Source of the DNA: Rhina ancylostomus
Lineage: Eukaryota
DNA length: 64,000 bases
Reading direction: 5' to 3'
Assembly (NCBI GenBank): GCA_030265395.1
Contig: JARFYF010000053.1
Coordinates: 16,331,690-16,395,689, forward strand
Position 1 is the stretch's first letter. The number at the start of each line of letters is the position of its first letter. Shown here one piece after another: positions 1 through 13,479 of the stretch. The position numbers and the translations under genes were made by a program. The notes beneath the pieces are model-generated. The model saw nothing but the letters and a program-made list of their open reading frames with translations. It made no database searches and had not been told where the DNA came from.

Positions 1-62
1 ATGACAAAAGATGATGTGCTGGAGGTGGAGACTAGTGGAGTGAAAGGTGTAAACTGGAGGAC

Positions 63-452
63 ACTTGAGAGCAGATGTGGTGGAGATAGTAAAACTGGGG
101 ACAGGGATTACATCCTTACAAGAGCAATACACACAAAGTGCTGGAGGGACTCAGTAGGTCAGGCAGCGTCAATGGAGTGAAATAAACAGTCAGCGTTTCG
201 GGCTGAGCCCCTTCATCGATGCTGCCTGACCTGCTGAGTTCCTCCAGCACTCTTTGTGTATTGGTCTAGATTCCAGCATCTGCAGATTTTTTTGTGACAT
301 CCTTACAAGAGACAGGGTGGGAAGAGTTGTAGTCCAGGTAGCTGTGGGAGTCAGAGGGTTTATAATAAATGTCAGTGGATAGTTTGTCTCCTGAGACAAA
401 GAAATCCGGAAAAGGGAGAGATGTGTTGGAAATGGTCTAAGTGAATTTGAAC
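63..452 (-). mobile_element. Penelope-like element RT/thumb fragment, interrupted by an insertion at 125-296
   Basis: The minus strand reads KFT*TISNTSLPF..SGDKLSTDIYYKPSDSHSYLDYNSSHPVSCKDVIP, the PLE RT C-terminal motif (PFLD...YxKPT..YL..xSxHP), with frameshifts. Confidence 0.75.
125..296. mobile_element. Palindromic short element with a hammerhead-like core and a 15-bp TSD
   Basis: Inverted arms at 125-170 and 218-263. ACATCCTTACAAGAG is repeated exactly at 110-124 and 297-311. The minus strand carries GATGAAGGGGCTCAGCCCGAAACGCTGACTG. Confidence 0.8.
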
Positions 453-3400
453 TTTCCCAAACCATATTAGTGTGGTTATCATATATAGGCCAGAGCAGGT
501 AGAAGGGCAGATTTCCTGCCTTAAAGCATATTATTGAAATGGATGTTTTTGCAACAATTCAGAAGTTTCATGACCAGCATTACTGACTCTCCCTTATTAG
601 TTCTTCTTTGTCACTGAACACAATCAAGGCTATGCTTCAATTCTCCACCTTGAATCATAGCCCTTGACACACTTACCCAAGAGAAATCCATCAGCCTCAG
701 ATCTGAAGGCATCATTTTGTCAGAGACCAATGACAGACATGATCTCAAAGTAGAGAAATGGTAGATTAGGAATAAATTCCCACCCCACCATGGCTCTGCC
801 TTTCTCTGCCCCTTTTCCTGGTCCTTTCCTTGAAAATTGCCCCTTTTCATGAGTTGAGTAGTACATAACCAACAGTTATAAATCAATTTGAAGTCGCCAA
901 TGCAATAAAAGTGTTCAGGAAATGTCATGAAGCTGTATAGTGGATTTCAGTTTACCTCTGAACATCATTTGAACTCAATGGCTGGATTTGTGACTTACGT
1001 TTACTTGCTCTTTGATGTGGCTGCTGTTTGAAGATGAAAGCATTGCCTGGTTATGTAGGGGAACAGATATTTCCCATTAGCACTCCCTGAAGATTAGTCC
1101 CTTAGCACTATGGGGCATAAATTTATCTTGGACAACAGCAAATCAGACATCCACTTGCACTAATGCCGGAGATAAGTTTCACCCTCCACATCATGCACAT
1201 AGATCAAATAGTTCACAAACAGCAATTGACACTGGATGAATGGTGATTTTTCAATCTGAAATAATGTATTTTCGTTAAGCAAAGGTATGGGGAGAAGGTG
1301 ATTATGTGGAGTTAGGTCACAGCTCATCCAATGATCTCATTAATTGGCAGAATAGGCTTGAAGGGCCAAATAGACCTCTGCTATTCATACATTCCTAAAC
1401 TAACATGTATAAATAGAGCAACTTGTTCATTTGCTGAAATATCATAATATGTGGCAAAAGACGATTTCTTTCCAAAAGCTCAGCAGGTAAGATATATTTA
1501 AATTATTTCTTTACTTATGTTCTTCATTTCCCCAATGTAATTCTTTGACATGTCTCTTGGAGTACCGGGATTAAGGGATGTTTGGGGTGCTGTTCGACTG
1601 GCACTGGGAGACTCTCAGAAAGGGGCCCAAATTGTCATCTCATATCTGTGCCCTTAGTTCCTGCCTTACAGCACAATATGCAGCATCAGAAGTCAATACT
1701 CTTTGGCTCCATTTATAAAGACCTATTTTATTTTAAGTATCAGAAGGGTTGCATTAATACACAATCCACAAGCTGATGCTGCATCTCCATTTGAACAGAA
1801 ACTGTCTATTCCATGGTCAATGTTTGTTTCCTGTTTTCCTTTGGATTTGAAAAACTGGGGAGGATGTTTTCCACACAGGACCCTGCCATGTAGAAATGAT
1901 CCAGGCAGGGAATAGATAAAGAGCCTTCATTTGTCAATTTCCACACATCGACAGAGCTCCCATCAGTTTTAAGCAGGTAGAGCAGGCTAAGGAAAAAAAA
2001 GGAGTGACGCTCACATTAGAGTTTGAAGGTTTGCTACACTCACTGATAACTGGTTATGTGCTCAAGTAATAACATCAAAAACCAACCCAACCATGGTCAG
2101 TCCAAACCATAGTTGAGCCTGAGCACCTGATGTTGTTCATATTCAATTCAACTATTACTGTAAATGCTATTTTCCAGAGAATCCAGACCTAGCTACTTGT
2201 GCTCGTTCTGCCAAGCATTGCAGGCAGCTGAAAAAAACACTTGCTAAACTGTGGTTAGTGCACTAGAGCACAGGAACATACTGAACCGACCTGGACTAAC
2301 CTGACTCAACAGCAAGGACAATTAACTTTTATTATGCACAACCTGAAGCAATCCTGATCTAGTCAGGTGTGAGTCAGGTCACCAGGTTCTGTGTGAATAC
2401 CTCCTCTCCCATCTGCCCCATTTTCCATTACAATTAATATAAGGCCTCTTGTCTCTGTTTGCTGTCATTTCCTTAACTCTTTCTAAACCACTTTCTATTT
2501 TCTGTCTCTTTCTTTTCATACTTCTTTCCTTTCCATCTCTGCTTTCATTCTCTCTCTCACTTTCCTGGCCAACAACACCAACCTGGCATTATATAACANN
2601 NNNNNNNNNNNNNNNNNNNNNNNNNAACTTGCTCCAGTGTTTACTCTAAGCTCTACTCAGTCTATTAAACCAGTGTAACAGTTGTTTTTATTTTGCAGTG
2701 ATTTATGAAGTTTTGGTGTCTAATTGCATTCATCTAACTCCATCCCAAAGATGTTCCTATTTAAATGTATTATAGCTGTGTTGTTGTGTTGTGTTTTAGC
2801 ATAATTGAACCACAAGAAAATTTGCAGACTCTGCCATCACCTCCAGTTTCTCTCAATTTGTCCCCTTTTCCATGAGTGCCAACTCTCAGCACCCACTCTA
2901 ATGCCCCTCTTGTGACTGAAGCCAGACAGTATAGAATGGCATTCACACTAAAGCAACATCCAAGAGCAATCAGAAGTTCCCAGTGAAGGAAACTTAGGAA
3001 TGTCTTGTTTTCCTGACCCATTCCTTCACCGCGAATGACATTTGTACTAACACAGAATACAGGAACGTAGGAGGAACCCTTCTTCTTGGTTCTGCTCATT
3101 ATGCGATCTTATTATGAACAAGACAAAGAATATGTTAACTATACTGAGAACATTCAGCTTTGCTATAAGGCAATTTAACAGACGAATCACTTTAGGGTTG
3201 CAGGGCTGCCGGTTAAAGGGGGTCCACTTTGAATTAAAGCTCTTTCTGTTTCCTGATTTGACAAATCTTTTCCAGCGACCTCCTACTGACCTCATTCAGG
3301 AAGTCATTACTACTGCTCCTGAGTGACCTAGTGAAGGAGCCTGCTTCTCTCTCTAATCAGTGACATGAGAGAAATAGATAAACACACAGCCTCTGTCCAT

Positions 3401-3889
3401 TAGAAACCTACTTATCACATCACAAAAGTCATGATTCCTTCAGCTTTTTATTTCCAATTAGTTGACTATCACTCTTGAACTGCTAAACGTTTACTCTTTC
3501 ACTTCCTTTGGATTGGTGGCCAGCCTTAACATCCACCTCAAATAAAAAGAGGATCTGGTCTTCAATACATTCTTATAAATAATGGAAAGATGATAATATA
3601 GCAAATACTAGCAAAACATCTGCTCAAAATATAACAGGTATTAACAGTTGTGTTTTAAAATGACAAGGTATAAAAACAGGAAAGCGTCTGTGTCTAAACT
3701 AAAAGGTTGATATATTATTGCAAGAACTATAAGGAGTCAAATAAGTAAACTAGAAGTCCAATCAGCTTACGAAATAATTCATCATTTTATCTTTTAATTC
3801 TGATAATAGGACAGGAGAGCAATAAAACAGCAGAATCAAAAAAGAATCAAGTGAAGGATTAATTGGATTTAACATTGAATTCTAGAACC

Positions 3890-4560
3890 TTAGTTAAGCA
3901 GCACAGAAGGAGGCCATTCAGACCACTGAGTCTACACTAGTTTTCTTTAAGAGAAGTGCAGTTCATCCCATTCCCCTGCTCTTTACCCAACTCTAAGCAA
4001 TTTTATTCCTCAAGTATTTATCTCATTCCATTTCTGAAGGCTATTGTTAAATCCATTCACTTCCCCATCTGACAGTCTATTTCTAATCCTACCCATTTCT
4101 TTAAAAATAGCTTTTCCTCAAGGTACCTCCTATACTTTTAAGAATCATATTAATCTGGATCCTCCAGATATTGTTTCCAGGGGTTGAAGGGCCAATCTCT
4201 CGTTGTTTATTCTCTCTAAAGCCTTCATGATTTAAGCACTTCTACCAAATCTTGTCTCAGCCTTCTCCAATGAGAATAACTCCATCTTCCCAGTCCATCC
4301 GCATAATTGTCATCCCTCTGTCCTTAAACTATTCTAAAAATGTTTTCTGCACCTCTCCAAAGCTTACACCTCTTTCCCAAAGTATGGTGCCCAGAATTAA
4401 ACATAATGCTTCAACCGTGATTGGGCTGATGTCTAAGTGGACTTAGCATAACTTGTGACTTTTGAACTCTATGCCTGTAGTTGTAAAGGTTACTATTGTT
4501 CAGTTTGCTAACTTGCCCTGTCAGCTTCAGAGATTCATGCAAAAGCACTCTAGATATCTC
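3890..4560 (-). mobile_element. Decayed CR1 LINE
   Basis: GCACAGAAGGAGGCCATTCAG reverse tail and TGCCCAGAATTAAACATAATGC. Confidence 0.6.
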
Positions 4561-4579
4561 TGTTTGGGTGCTCTATTTA

Positions 4580-5680
4580 AGTGGGCTGAACTGATATAAA
4601 TGGAAGTTAGTGTGGAAAAGTGTGATGTCATCTACTTTGGACCTTAAAGATAGATCAAGGCATGGTTCAAATAGTGAGAGCATTGGAATGGCGGAGAAGC
4701 AGAGTGGTTTTGAGATTCATGTACAAAACTTACTAAATGCTTGTGAATAGGTGCAACAGGTAATTTCATAAGAGACCTCAGATGCTGAAATCTAGAGCAA
4801 AAATTGAATTGCTGAAGGAACTCAGCGAGTCGAGCAGCACTTGTGGAGGGAAAGGAATTATCATCGTTTCAGGTTGTAGCAAAGTCCTGATGCAAGGTCT
4901 CAAGCCGAAATGTTGGCACTTCCTTTTCCTCCACAGATGCTGCTTGACCCACTGACTTCCTCCAGCAACTTGTTTTTTTACAATTGATTTGATGGCCTAG
5001 TGATTTATTTTTCCTTTTCCCTCCTGCAAGCCAAATATAAAAGAATGAGTGAAATGTTACAAGTTTATGGGCCTGTTTTTATACGAAANNNNNNNNNNNN
5101 NNNNNNNNNNNNNNNNNNNNNNNNNNNNNNNNNNNNNNNNNNNNNNNNNNNNNNNNNNNNNNNNNNNNNNNNNNNNNNNNNNNNNNNNTGTGGAGTTTTG
5201 CATTCAGTTCTGGGCTGCAGACTGTGGAAATGGTACATTGGACCTGGAGGAGATGTAGCACAGATTCACGAACGGGGAACGGGTTCACAATGTGTATTCC
5301 CCTTAAACATAAAAAATTAATGGTTAATCTAATTGAGGAGTTTAAGATGTTCATAGAAATTAGTGAAATGGATTAAGAGAAAAATTTTCCTCTGACGGGA
5401 GAATCTAGAACAAAGGGCATGATCTTATATGTTGAATTAAGCTGCTTAAAATTGATCCAGGGAGCACTTCTTTATACAAAATAGTAGAAATCTTTTCCTC
5501 CAGAAGTTAAAGGCTGAAGTTTGATTGACAGTCTCAAACTTATGACTGATAATGCTTTTGCTAGTTTTGAGGGTATTAAATGGCCTTAAAACTGAGGTGA
5601 GCAAATGGCGTTAGAGTACAGTCATCCATGGTCAATTTGAATAGTGCTGGGGTGCTGAAAGGCTTACAGCTGTTCCTATG
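4580..5680 (+). mobile_element. Decayed CR1 LINE (contains the palindromic insert)
   Basis: GAAAAGTGTGATGTCATCTACTTTGG, GGAGTTTTGCATTCAGTTCTGGGC (EYCVQFW) and a CR1 3' UTR. Confidence 0.65.
4772..4980. mobile_element. Palindromic short element with a degenerate hammerhead core, nested in CR1
   Basis: Inverted arms at about 4797-4876 and 4900-4979. The + strand core GTC-CTGATGC-AAGGTCTCAAGCC-GAAA-TG-TT-GGC is at 4884-4917. Confidence 0.7.
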
Positions 5681-6239
5681 ATGAAGAAGGATACGAGATA
5701 GACAATAGCTGATAGAAAAAATAATTGGTTGGTCTTTCAGAGATGAAATTTCTAAATGCTTGTGAATAGGTGCAACAAGTAATTTCATAATCCCAACTGA
5801 GATGTTCTGATTTTCCTAACTCTCCTAATAAACTTCTGGGATAATATCTCATATAGCAAACCTTTCCAGGACTGCTCTTGAGTGTGAATTGTAGAGGTTA
5901 TGAGCTTGTTCCTTGGGGACACATGGTAATCTGCATAGAACACAATATAAAAATCGGCCATTGAGATCAAATAGTTGGTGCTAGTGGTTATACTCTGCAT
6001 AAGCCTCCTTTTATCTTAACAGAGTATGACCATGTTAGATTAAAGCATACAGAAGCTAGAAGTGTAAGATAATGTGATCTTTTAATATGAAATGTTTTAA
6101 AATCAAACATCTGCTATCCCAATCCAAGTTTAACTGCAAAATTGATGCCTTCATGAAAATCAAGGACAAGGAAAGTTCTCTAAAATGCATTAAGAATTTG
6201 TGTATAATATAATCAAACTTATATAGTTAGGGTCTGAGT

Positions 6240-6975
6240 AGGATTACACAGCATTAATGTAGGATCTTATGATTAGTACAGCATCTTTGGATTAATACTG
6301 AAGCATTGGATTCGTGCATAATCATTGATAAAAATGAGATCATTTGTTCAATCATGTTCATTGGATCTATAGAGGATCGTTGGATCAATCCTGAGTAATT
6401 GTATCTGTATAAATCTATTGGCCCAAAATATATTCTTTAATCTTTACAGAGTCATCAGATGAACACAGAATCATTGAATGATCATTGGATCTATACAGAA
6501 TCATAAAATCAATGTGACATTATTAGGCCAAAACAGGATTACTGGATCAGTCAGTGATAGAACATAGAACAGTACAGCACAGAACAGGCCCTTCGGTCCA
6601 TAATGTGGTGCCAACGTACCAAATCCCTCCTACCTACAGAATGCCCATATCCCTCCATTTTCATCGCATTCATGTGCCCATCATTGCGTCAATGTATACT
6701 CATTAGGTTAATAAAGAATAACAGGATCAAGTCAACATTATTAGACAAATGCAACCTCATTGGAGCAATACTGTATATTTAGATCAAAGCAAGATCAATA
6801 CTGGATCATAATATTTGTATTAAAGCAAGATTATTGTGTCAATGTAAAGTCAATGAATCAATACTGGACCAAAGAAGATCATTGGACAAATATAAAATCA
6901 TTGAATCTCTGAGCTCATTGATTTGATGTGGGATCAACAAATTAATGGTGACTTATTGGATCATTGAAGGAAGGT
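6240..6975. repeat. Ancient degenerate minisatellite, unit about 19 bp (ATCATTGGATCAATACAGG-like), interrupted by a CR1 tail at about 6557-6680
   Basis: Recurrent CATTGGATC/ATCATTG motifs at roughly 19-20-nt spacing on both sides of the CR1 fragment. Confidence 0.7.
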
Positions 6976-9900
6976 TGAATCATTTTTGAATTTCTAAAAT
7001 GTTAGAGTATCTGCAGATGTTATAAGGTCCATGTTACAGCATTTAATGAAATTGGGGAAGAGTAGAAAGAGAGAAAGTGGAGGAGGGGGAGAGGAGATTT
7101 GAGACAGTAAAACATATTCTGCTTCCCACAGGAGTATTTCATTTCATTTTCAGTCGGAATGCCAAGACAGGCAGTTAGGCTGAAAGCCAGTCAGAGGTCA
7201 ATTCAATTACCTCTAGAGCTCAAAGACTGCAGACAGTTAATTCAATGCTGGATTATTTTTGTGGCATTGCACAGTATCTTTCCATCAGAGGGAACCATGC
7301 TTGTTATGGTTCAGTCTGACTGGCAGATGTTAGCCTAAGGGGTCATGAGGGAAGAAGGCAACATTGGAAGTAGTTAAATGAAAAAAATAATTCTGAGGCA
7401 GGCCTTTGACTGACAAGGCATGAGCATACTGAATTACTGTGGTAAGGCTCAGTACTGACCTCTCGGTGGTCAATGGGTCAATGCTGCTCTCACCACAGTC
7501 AGACACAGGTTAGAAAGAAGTGCAGGCACATTTTATGATATCCAGTGTTGCATTTCCCACACTAGTATATTTGAGAATATTTATGTACAGTTCAAGATTC
7601 CCTCCACATGTCACTTTCCCTGTATTGAAGTTTATGGGAATACAATTTAAATATTGCTGCATATTAGAGCAGAGGCCATATGGTGTAGCTTGATAGATGG
7701 CAGCTTATATATTGGAGTACATTAGAGCACAGACTTTATATTGTGTTCTTTTTAGAAAACTGTCTGCATATTGTAGTTTCCTAAAGCAAAATCTGCAAAT
7801 TGTTTATTAGATAACAGTTCACATATTGCTGCGTAAAAGGTCACAGCCTAAATAATGTTGCATCACAGCACATATTTTTATGATTGCACTGTCTATATGN
7901 NNNNNNNNNNNNNNNNNNNNNNNNNNNNNNNNNNNNNNNNNNNNNNNNNNNNNNNNNNNNNNNNNNNNNNNNNNNNNNNNNNNNNNNNNNNNNNNNNNNN
8001 NNNNNNNNNNNNNNNNNNNNNNNNNNNNNNNNNNNNNNNNNNNNNNNNNNNNNNNNNNNNNNNNNNNNNNNNNNNNNNGTTCTCTGTCAAAGAATAGCCT
8101 AAATACTCAGTCAAATAGAGCACAGTTTGCTTATTGCAGCGAATTTCAGAAAGAGAAATCATTTGACACCCAACCTTGTTCCAGACATATACCGTAAATC
8201 ATGTTGCTCATGGAAGATAATAAAATGTTTTAATTTAACAATTAACCACAACTGCTAATTATATGGCATTTTAACGAGGAAAAAATATGTTCCCGTATTA
8301 CTTTCAGCCAAAATACATTTGAGGTTCAGCCAGAATTGTTAGAAAGGAAACATTCCAACCAGTTTTCACAAATATAATTGAGACACTTAATCTGTTTAAA
8401 TTACATCAAACAAGGCATTAATCTTGGCCTCAGATACCAGGAAAACCTCACCTAATCCTGTTCCAAATTTTGGGCATGGGATCTTTAATATCAAGCTAGG
8501 GGGACATGCAGGGCGATGGTTTACCATTACATCAGAAAGGTGGCACAGGTAATGTGCTTGTGCTTCTGGAGTGGGACTCAAGCCCAGACCTACTGGCTCA
8601 GCAGCTACCATCTGAACCAAGTCCAAAATTGTAAAAAGTATCTCAAGACACTTCATGGATAAACATATGGAAAACATATGCTGAGCCAGGAAATGAGAGA
8701 TGAGGAGGGAATTCCAGTAGCTTAGTCCAAATGATATCTGAGGGTTTTTTTAAGACATCTAAGAATTAGAGAAGAGTTGGATTTGAGAAAAAGATCTCAG
8801 GCAACAGAAAACACTGCCACTAATTTTGAGGCACAACTTGGAATGGTGGTCCAATAGCTAGTTTAGGAAGAACAAAGAGTTTGGGGTGGATGTTGTAGGG
8901 TAAAGGGGAGTTGTGGTGAATTCCATGGAAATGTTTAAACTCCACATGTTGGGGAATGGAGAGCAAATAACTCAACAGAACCTGGCTGATACTGAATGCA
9001 ACCAGCCTGTGAAAAAAGTATGTATGTGACCAGGCTATGTATGTGACCTGCAGTGTGACAGTTGTTCTCAGTTAGGGTTGGTGATGAAGAATCTATCAGT
9101 GGATCCAATTCCCTTGGGACAGAGAAGGAATACAATCAGCCAGGGATATTGCCTGTGATTGCTGTCCATTGAGTCTACTTAAAAGTGAGCATTGACTGGG
9201 GATAAGATGCTATAATGGCCTGCAAGGTTAATCAGCCTCTTTTTATTTCAGTTCAATCTGGTATATGAGCCCTATTGGCAAGCCTTACTTTAGATGCCCA
9301 TTACATTGATAAGGTGCTAATGAGTCTTATTCCTGTACAATTGCAATCCAAGTGGTGTAGTTGCTTCACAATTCCACAATGCATCTAGATAGAGAGTTAA
9401 GTATTTTGACCCAGCTACAATAAACAGTGGTATATCTCCAAGTCAACATGATGACCATGCCTTTGAGAGCAACTAGTGGATGACAGTATTCTCATACATC
9501 TGCAGTCCTTGCCTTGCTGGTTGGTGCAGTTTAGTGTTTCAGGAGATGCTATTGAAAAAGCTTTGGTGAGAAGTTACAGTGCATCTGTATATAGTACACA
9601 TTGCACATGTGGGAGAGTCTAGCAAATGCTGAGATTCAGTAAGGGCATTTCAAGCTGGCAAAGGAATTCACAGGATGAAGCACAGGTGTAAATCTTGCCT
9701 ATGTGAATGTGCCTATGAGCCTATATGCTCTGGAGCATTTAATACATTGGAAGTCTTCTTCTGCTGACTGCCAACTCCCACTATGAAGCGAACAAAAATC
9801 CAGGAAAGAAGGCATCCAGATGTGTGTGGGACAGCACTGTGTGTGTCAATGGTCATCCACGTTAAATGTATGCTTTAAATTGGAATGAAAAGTGCAAGCT

Positions 9901-11178
9901 TTGCTATGTCCCTGATATCTATTCACCTTTTAATTCTATGGAAATTGTATCATGCAGTGCAGAAATCTATCATGTTAAATGATCTTTTTCTTGGTAATTA
10001 TGTGTGAAGGTATNNNNNNNNNNTATGTGTATGTTTTTGTAAATGTGAATATCCATGTGCATGGACATGTTTCTCTGTAAGGATATGTTTGGATGTGTAT
10101 GGGAGTGTGTTTTGTTCTTTTGCTTGTGGATGTGTAAGAATATGTGCCTGGGTGCAGGTGTGTTTGTGTTTGTGTGGGAATGTTTGAATAACTACTTTGG
10201 TCCTCCTGCAGTTAAGAATTCTTTTTACACTGGTTGTAACTAATGATATTTAATAAAGATAGGATTGAGTTCCAACCACATTATTTGCATGCTGGTGGAT
10301 TGATTTTTCTGTTGCACTTTGCCAGTATAAATGGTGCCCCCAAACTTTAAAACTCATAAAACTTATCTAAATACCTAGTCTTAACTATATTGCTGCATAT
10401 ATTTTTCAGAAATCAAATTATGGTTGATTGGCACCAGAGTGTGGTGACTCGTTGTAAGCTGCTCTCTGCAGATGTACTCATTATTTCTACTATAGTCATT
10501 CTCTGTTATTGTTTTTACCCTGTACTACCTCAATGCAATGTGCAATGAATTGATCTATACGAACAGAATGCAAGACAAGTTTTTCACTGTACCTCAGTGA
10601 CAATAATAAACCAATACCCATACCAAAACCAAATTACAACTTTGTGAGTGTAATACCATCTTATAACAAACCACATGTATGCTGTCGTACACTAACTTTC
10701 TTTGCTTCTTCAATTTGTCTTTAAAACTGTCAATAGAAACAAGTCATGAGACTCAATGATCATCTAATGTCTTAAATGGAGAATAATATTCAAAGGAGAA
10801 CCAAGCCCTGCATTTAATTTATAAGCACAGGCTCTTTCCAGAGGATACAACGGGAAGGATTGCTGTCATTACTTAGGGAAGAATTTTGCCAAACCAACAA
10901 TAGAGATATCTTGTTTTCCTCAATGATGTCATTGGCACCTCCAGATCAGCTAGTGACTGGACAATTGATAGGAGTCATGGCCAGGAAAAGAAAATTAGTG
11001 TTTGCTTTCCCATATGAAAGCTAAAAAAAGAGAGAAACGTCAAGCGGAGAAAGCAGATCAAATCTGCCAAATGTTTGGAAACAAGTTTTGAGGTAGGTTG
11101 AAATGAATAAGCTTTTCATATAGAAATACAGGTTCAAATAATTTGAGTACACTGTGCAGCTTTAAAGTACCCCAGGTT

Positions 11179-11870
11179 CATAGAACATAGAACAGTTCAG
11201 CACAGGAACAGCCCACGATGTCTATGCCAACCATAATGCTAATTTAAACTACACATCTGCCTACACGTGGTCTCTATCCATTCCCTGCCTGTCCATGTGT
11301 TTATCTGGATGCATCATAAGTGTTGCTATCATATCTATTTCCACCAATTCCCCTGGAAGTGCATTCCAGGCACCGAACACTCTCTAGGTAAAAAACTTGT
11401 CACACAAATCTCCCTTAAACTTTCACTTTAAACTTTTACCTTAAAACTATGCCCTCTAGTATTTGACATTTTCACCCTAGGAAAGAGACTCTGACTCCCT
11501 ACCCTGTCAATGACTCTCATCATTTTATATACTTATGTCAGGTCACCCCTCAGCCTCTGATACTCCAGTGAAAACTACCCAAGTTTGTCATACCTCTCCT
11601 TATAGCTAATATTCTCCATTCCAAGCAACATTCTGCTTCACCTCTTCTGCACCCTCTCCAAAGCCTCCACATCCTCCCTGTAAACCAGTGACCAGAATAG
11701 CACAAAGTATTCCACATGTGGTCTAACTAAACTTTTATGCAGCCACAATACGATTTCCCGACTTTTATACACAACACCCTGATCAATAAAGGCAAGCATA
11801 CTCTATGCTTTCTTTATCACACTATCTACTTTCAGGGGGCTATGGACTTGCATCCCAATGCTCCTTCAAG
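11179..11870 (-). mobile_element. CR1 LINE 3' portion
   Basis: Starts with the (CATAGAA)2 reverse tail, then typical CR1 ORF2 C-terminal sequence (TGCATTCCAGGCACC, GCCCTCTAGT, AGGTCACCCCTCAGCCTC, ACCCTCTCCAAAGCC). Confidence 0.85.
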
Positions 11871-13264
11871 AGTTTTGAAATTTCCCACAACCCATTAGTT
11901 CCCACTGGTTTCAGAATCAGAATTATTATCACTGACATATGCCATGAAGTTTGTTGTTTTGCAGCAGCAGTACAGAGCAAAGACATAAAAATCTGTAAAT
12001 TACAAAATTAAATAACTAGTGCAAAAAGCAGGAATAATGAGGCAGTGAAACAACAACTTCCATGTATATATCACCATAAACTTAGTAATTTATACCAAGA
12101 CACTTTGCAGATGCATTATCTGATCAAAGTTGCAGCATCAATAATTTCCTTCGGAATACAGTGTCCATGCTTTCAGGTTGAGGAGATCTTATGTATTGGG
12201 TGCAGTTGTGAAGATCAGGTGATGCAAAGTGGATCATTTGTATACAGTCCAGAAGTGGCATACAGTGATTTTTTTGCAACTTGGAATTTACTTTCAACAT
12301 TTTCTCAACATTCATTTGTTACCTACAGCCTCCCACATGATCAGTGATGATGATCATTGAACACTCCTATCCCCCATTCACATCAGCATCTCAAGAGCAG
12401 TGTTAATGATTCTCAAGTGCAGGATGGAGTAAAGGAAAGTCAGGCATACATGTGGGATTGGATAGAAATTGTATCATGCAGTGTAGAAAAATATCATGTC
12501 ATGTAATCTTAATTCTTGGTAATTATACATGATGGTATATGTTATTTGGCTAGTAATCCAGCCTGTGAGAGTTTAAAAGTCACCAAGAGAGTAAAGTTGT
12601 GGTCAGGAACTCGGAAAAGGGACAGACTCGATGCCGCAACATGTTTAATGATGTGGTTTGGGCCAACAGCCAGATGTCAAGAAGGAGAATTAAGAAACGT
12701 AACAGACGAAACTAAAAGGTAGGAATTTATTCTTGGTTGAAAGCACTATATGTGCAACATAGTACTGGCTGTAGAAATTTGTCCTTGGTGGTTTGTGCTA
12801 TATGTATGTTTCTGAAATTTTGTTCCACTGAAGAAAATTCCGGTATGGAATTCCAGAATTCTGTTCCATTGTTCTCAGTGAAACGGAATTTCAGAAGCAA
12901 AATAAAACTCAGCACCCCTACCACACTGCACAAAAAGCACAGGCAACCAAAGGCACATTTTTACCCATTCAGTAAGGTTTAATTGTGACCTTTTCTCATC
13001 ATTATGTGCCCAGCCTACATGTATTTCAACGCTCAAGTCAGTCAGCTCAGCCTTTTCATTGTATCAATCTGGACTATTAAAGCCACAGATTCTTGCAGAC
13101 TGTGTAACTGAACACTGCATTCTCAGTCCAGGACTATCTGCTTGAAATCCCTCTGCTTCACCCTCCCACCAGTGTAACTGCAAAGCAAGCATTACAAGAC
13201 ACCAGGATGTAAATTCATAATTCCCTTTGAACTGAGAGGCTCTTTCAGAGAATAAACTGCATTG

Positions 13265-13465
13265 ATGGGTCTGGAGTTAGATACATCGATATGTTTATTA
13301 AGGAAGGCAGATTTCTTTCCCTGAAGTACATTAATGAACCAGATGGGTTTAATATGTTAATATTAGTAAATTTCCAATAACCACAGTGGGATTTGAACTC
13401 ACATCACCAGGTCAATAGCCCAGACCTTCAGATATTAATCCAGAAACTCAGCCAATGCACTAATG
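13265..13465 (-). mobile_element. tRNA-headed SINE relic (family uncertain)
   Basis: GGCAGATTTCTTTCCCTGAAGTACATTAATGAACCAGATGGG plus GGGATTTGAACTC (B-box reverse). A related relic lies at about 478-590. Confidence 0.5.
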
Positions 13466-13479
13466 TATCAAATAAGCAA

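Noticed and set aside
6240-6975. CRISPR-like array
   Set aside because: Units are contiguous and degenerate with no unique spacers, no cas genes, and a vertebrate context.
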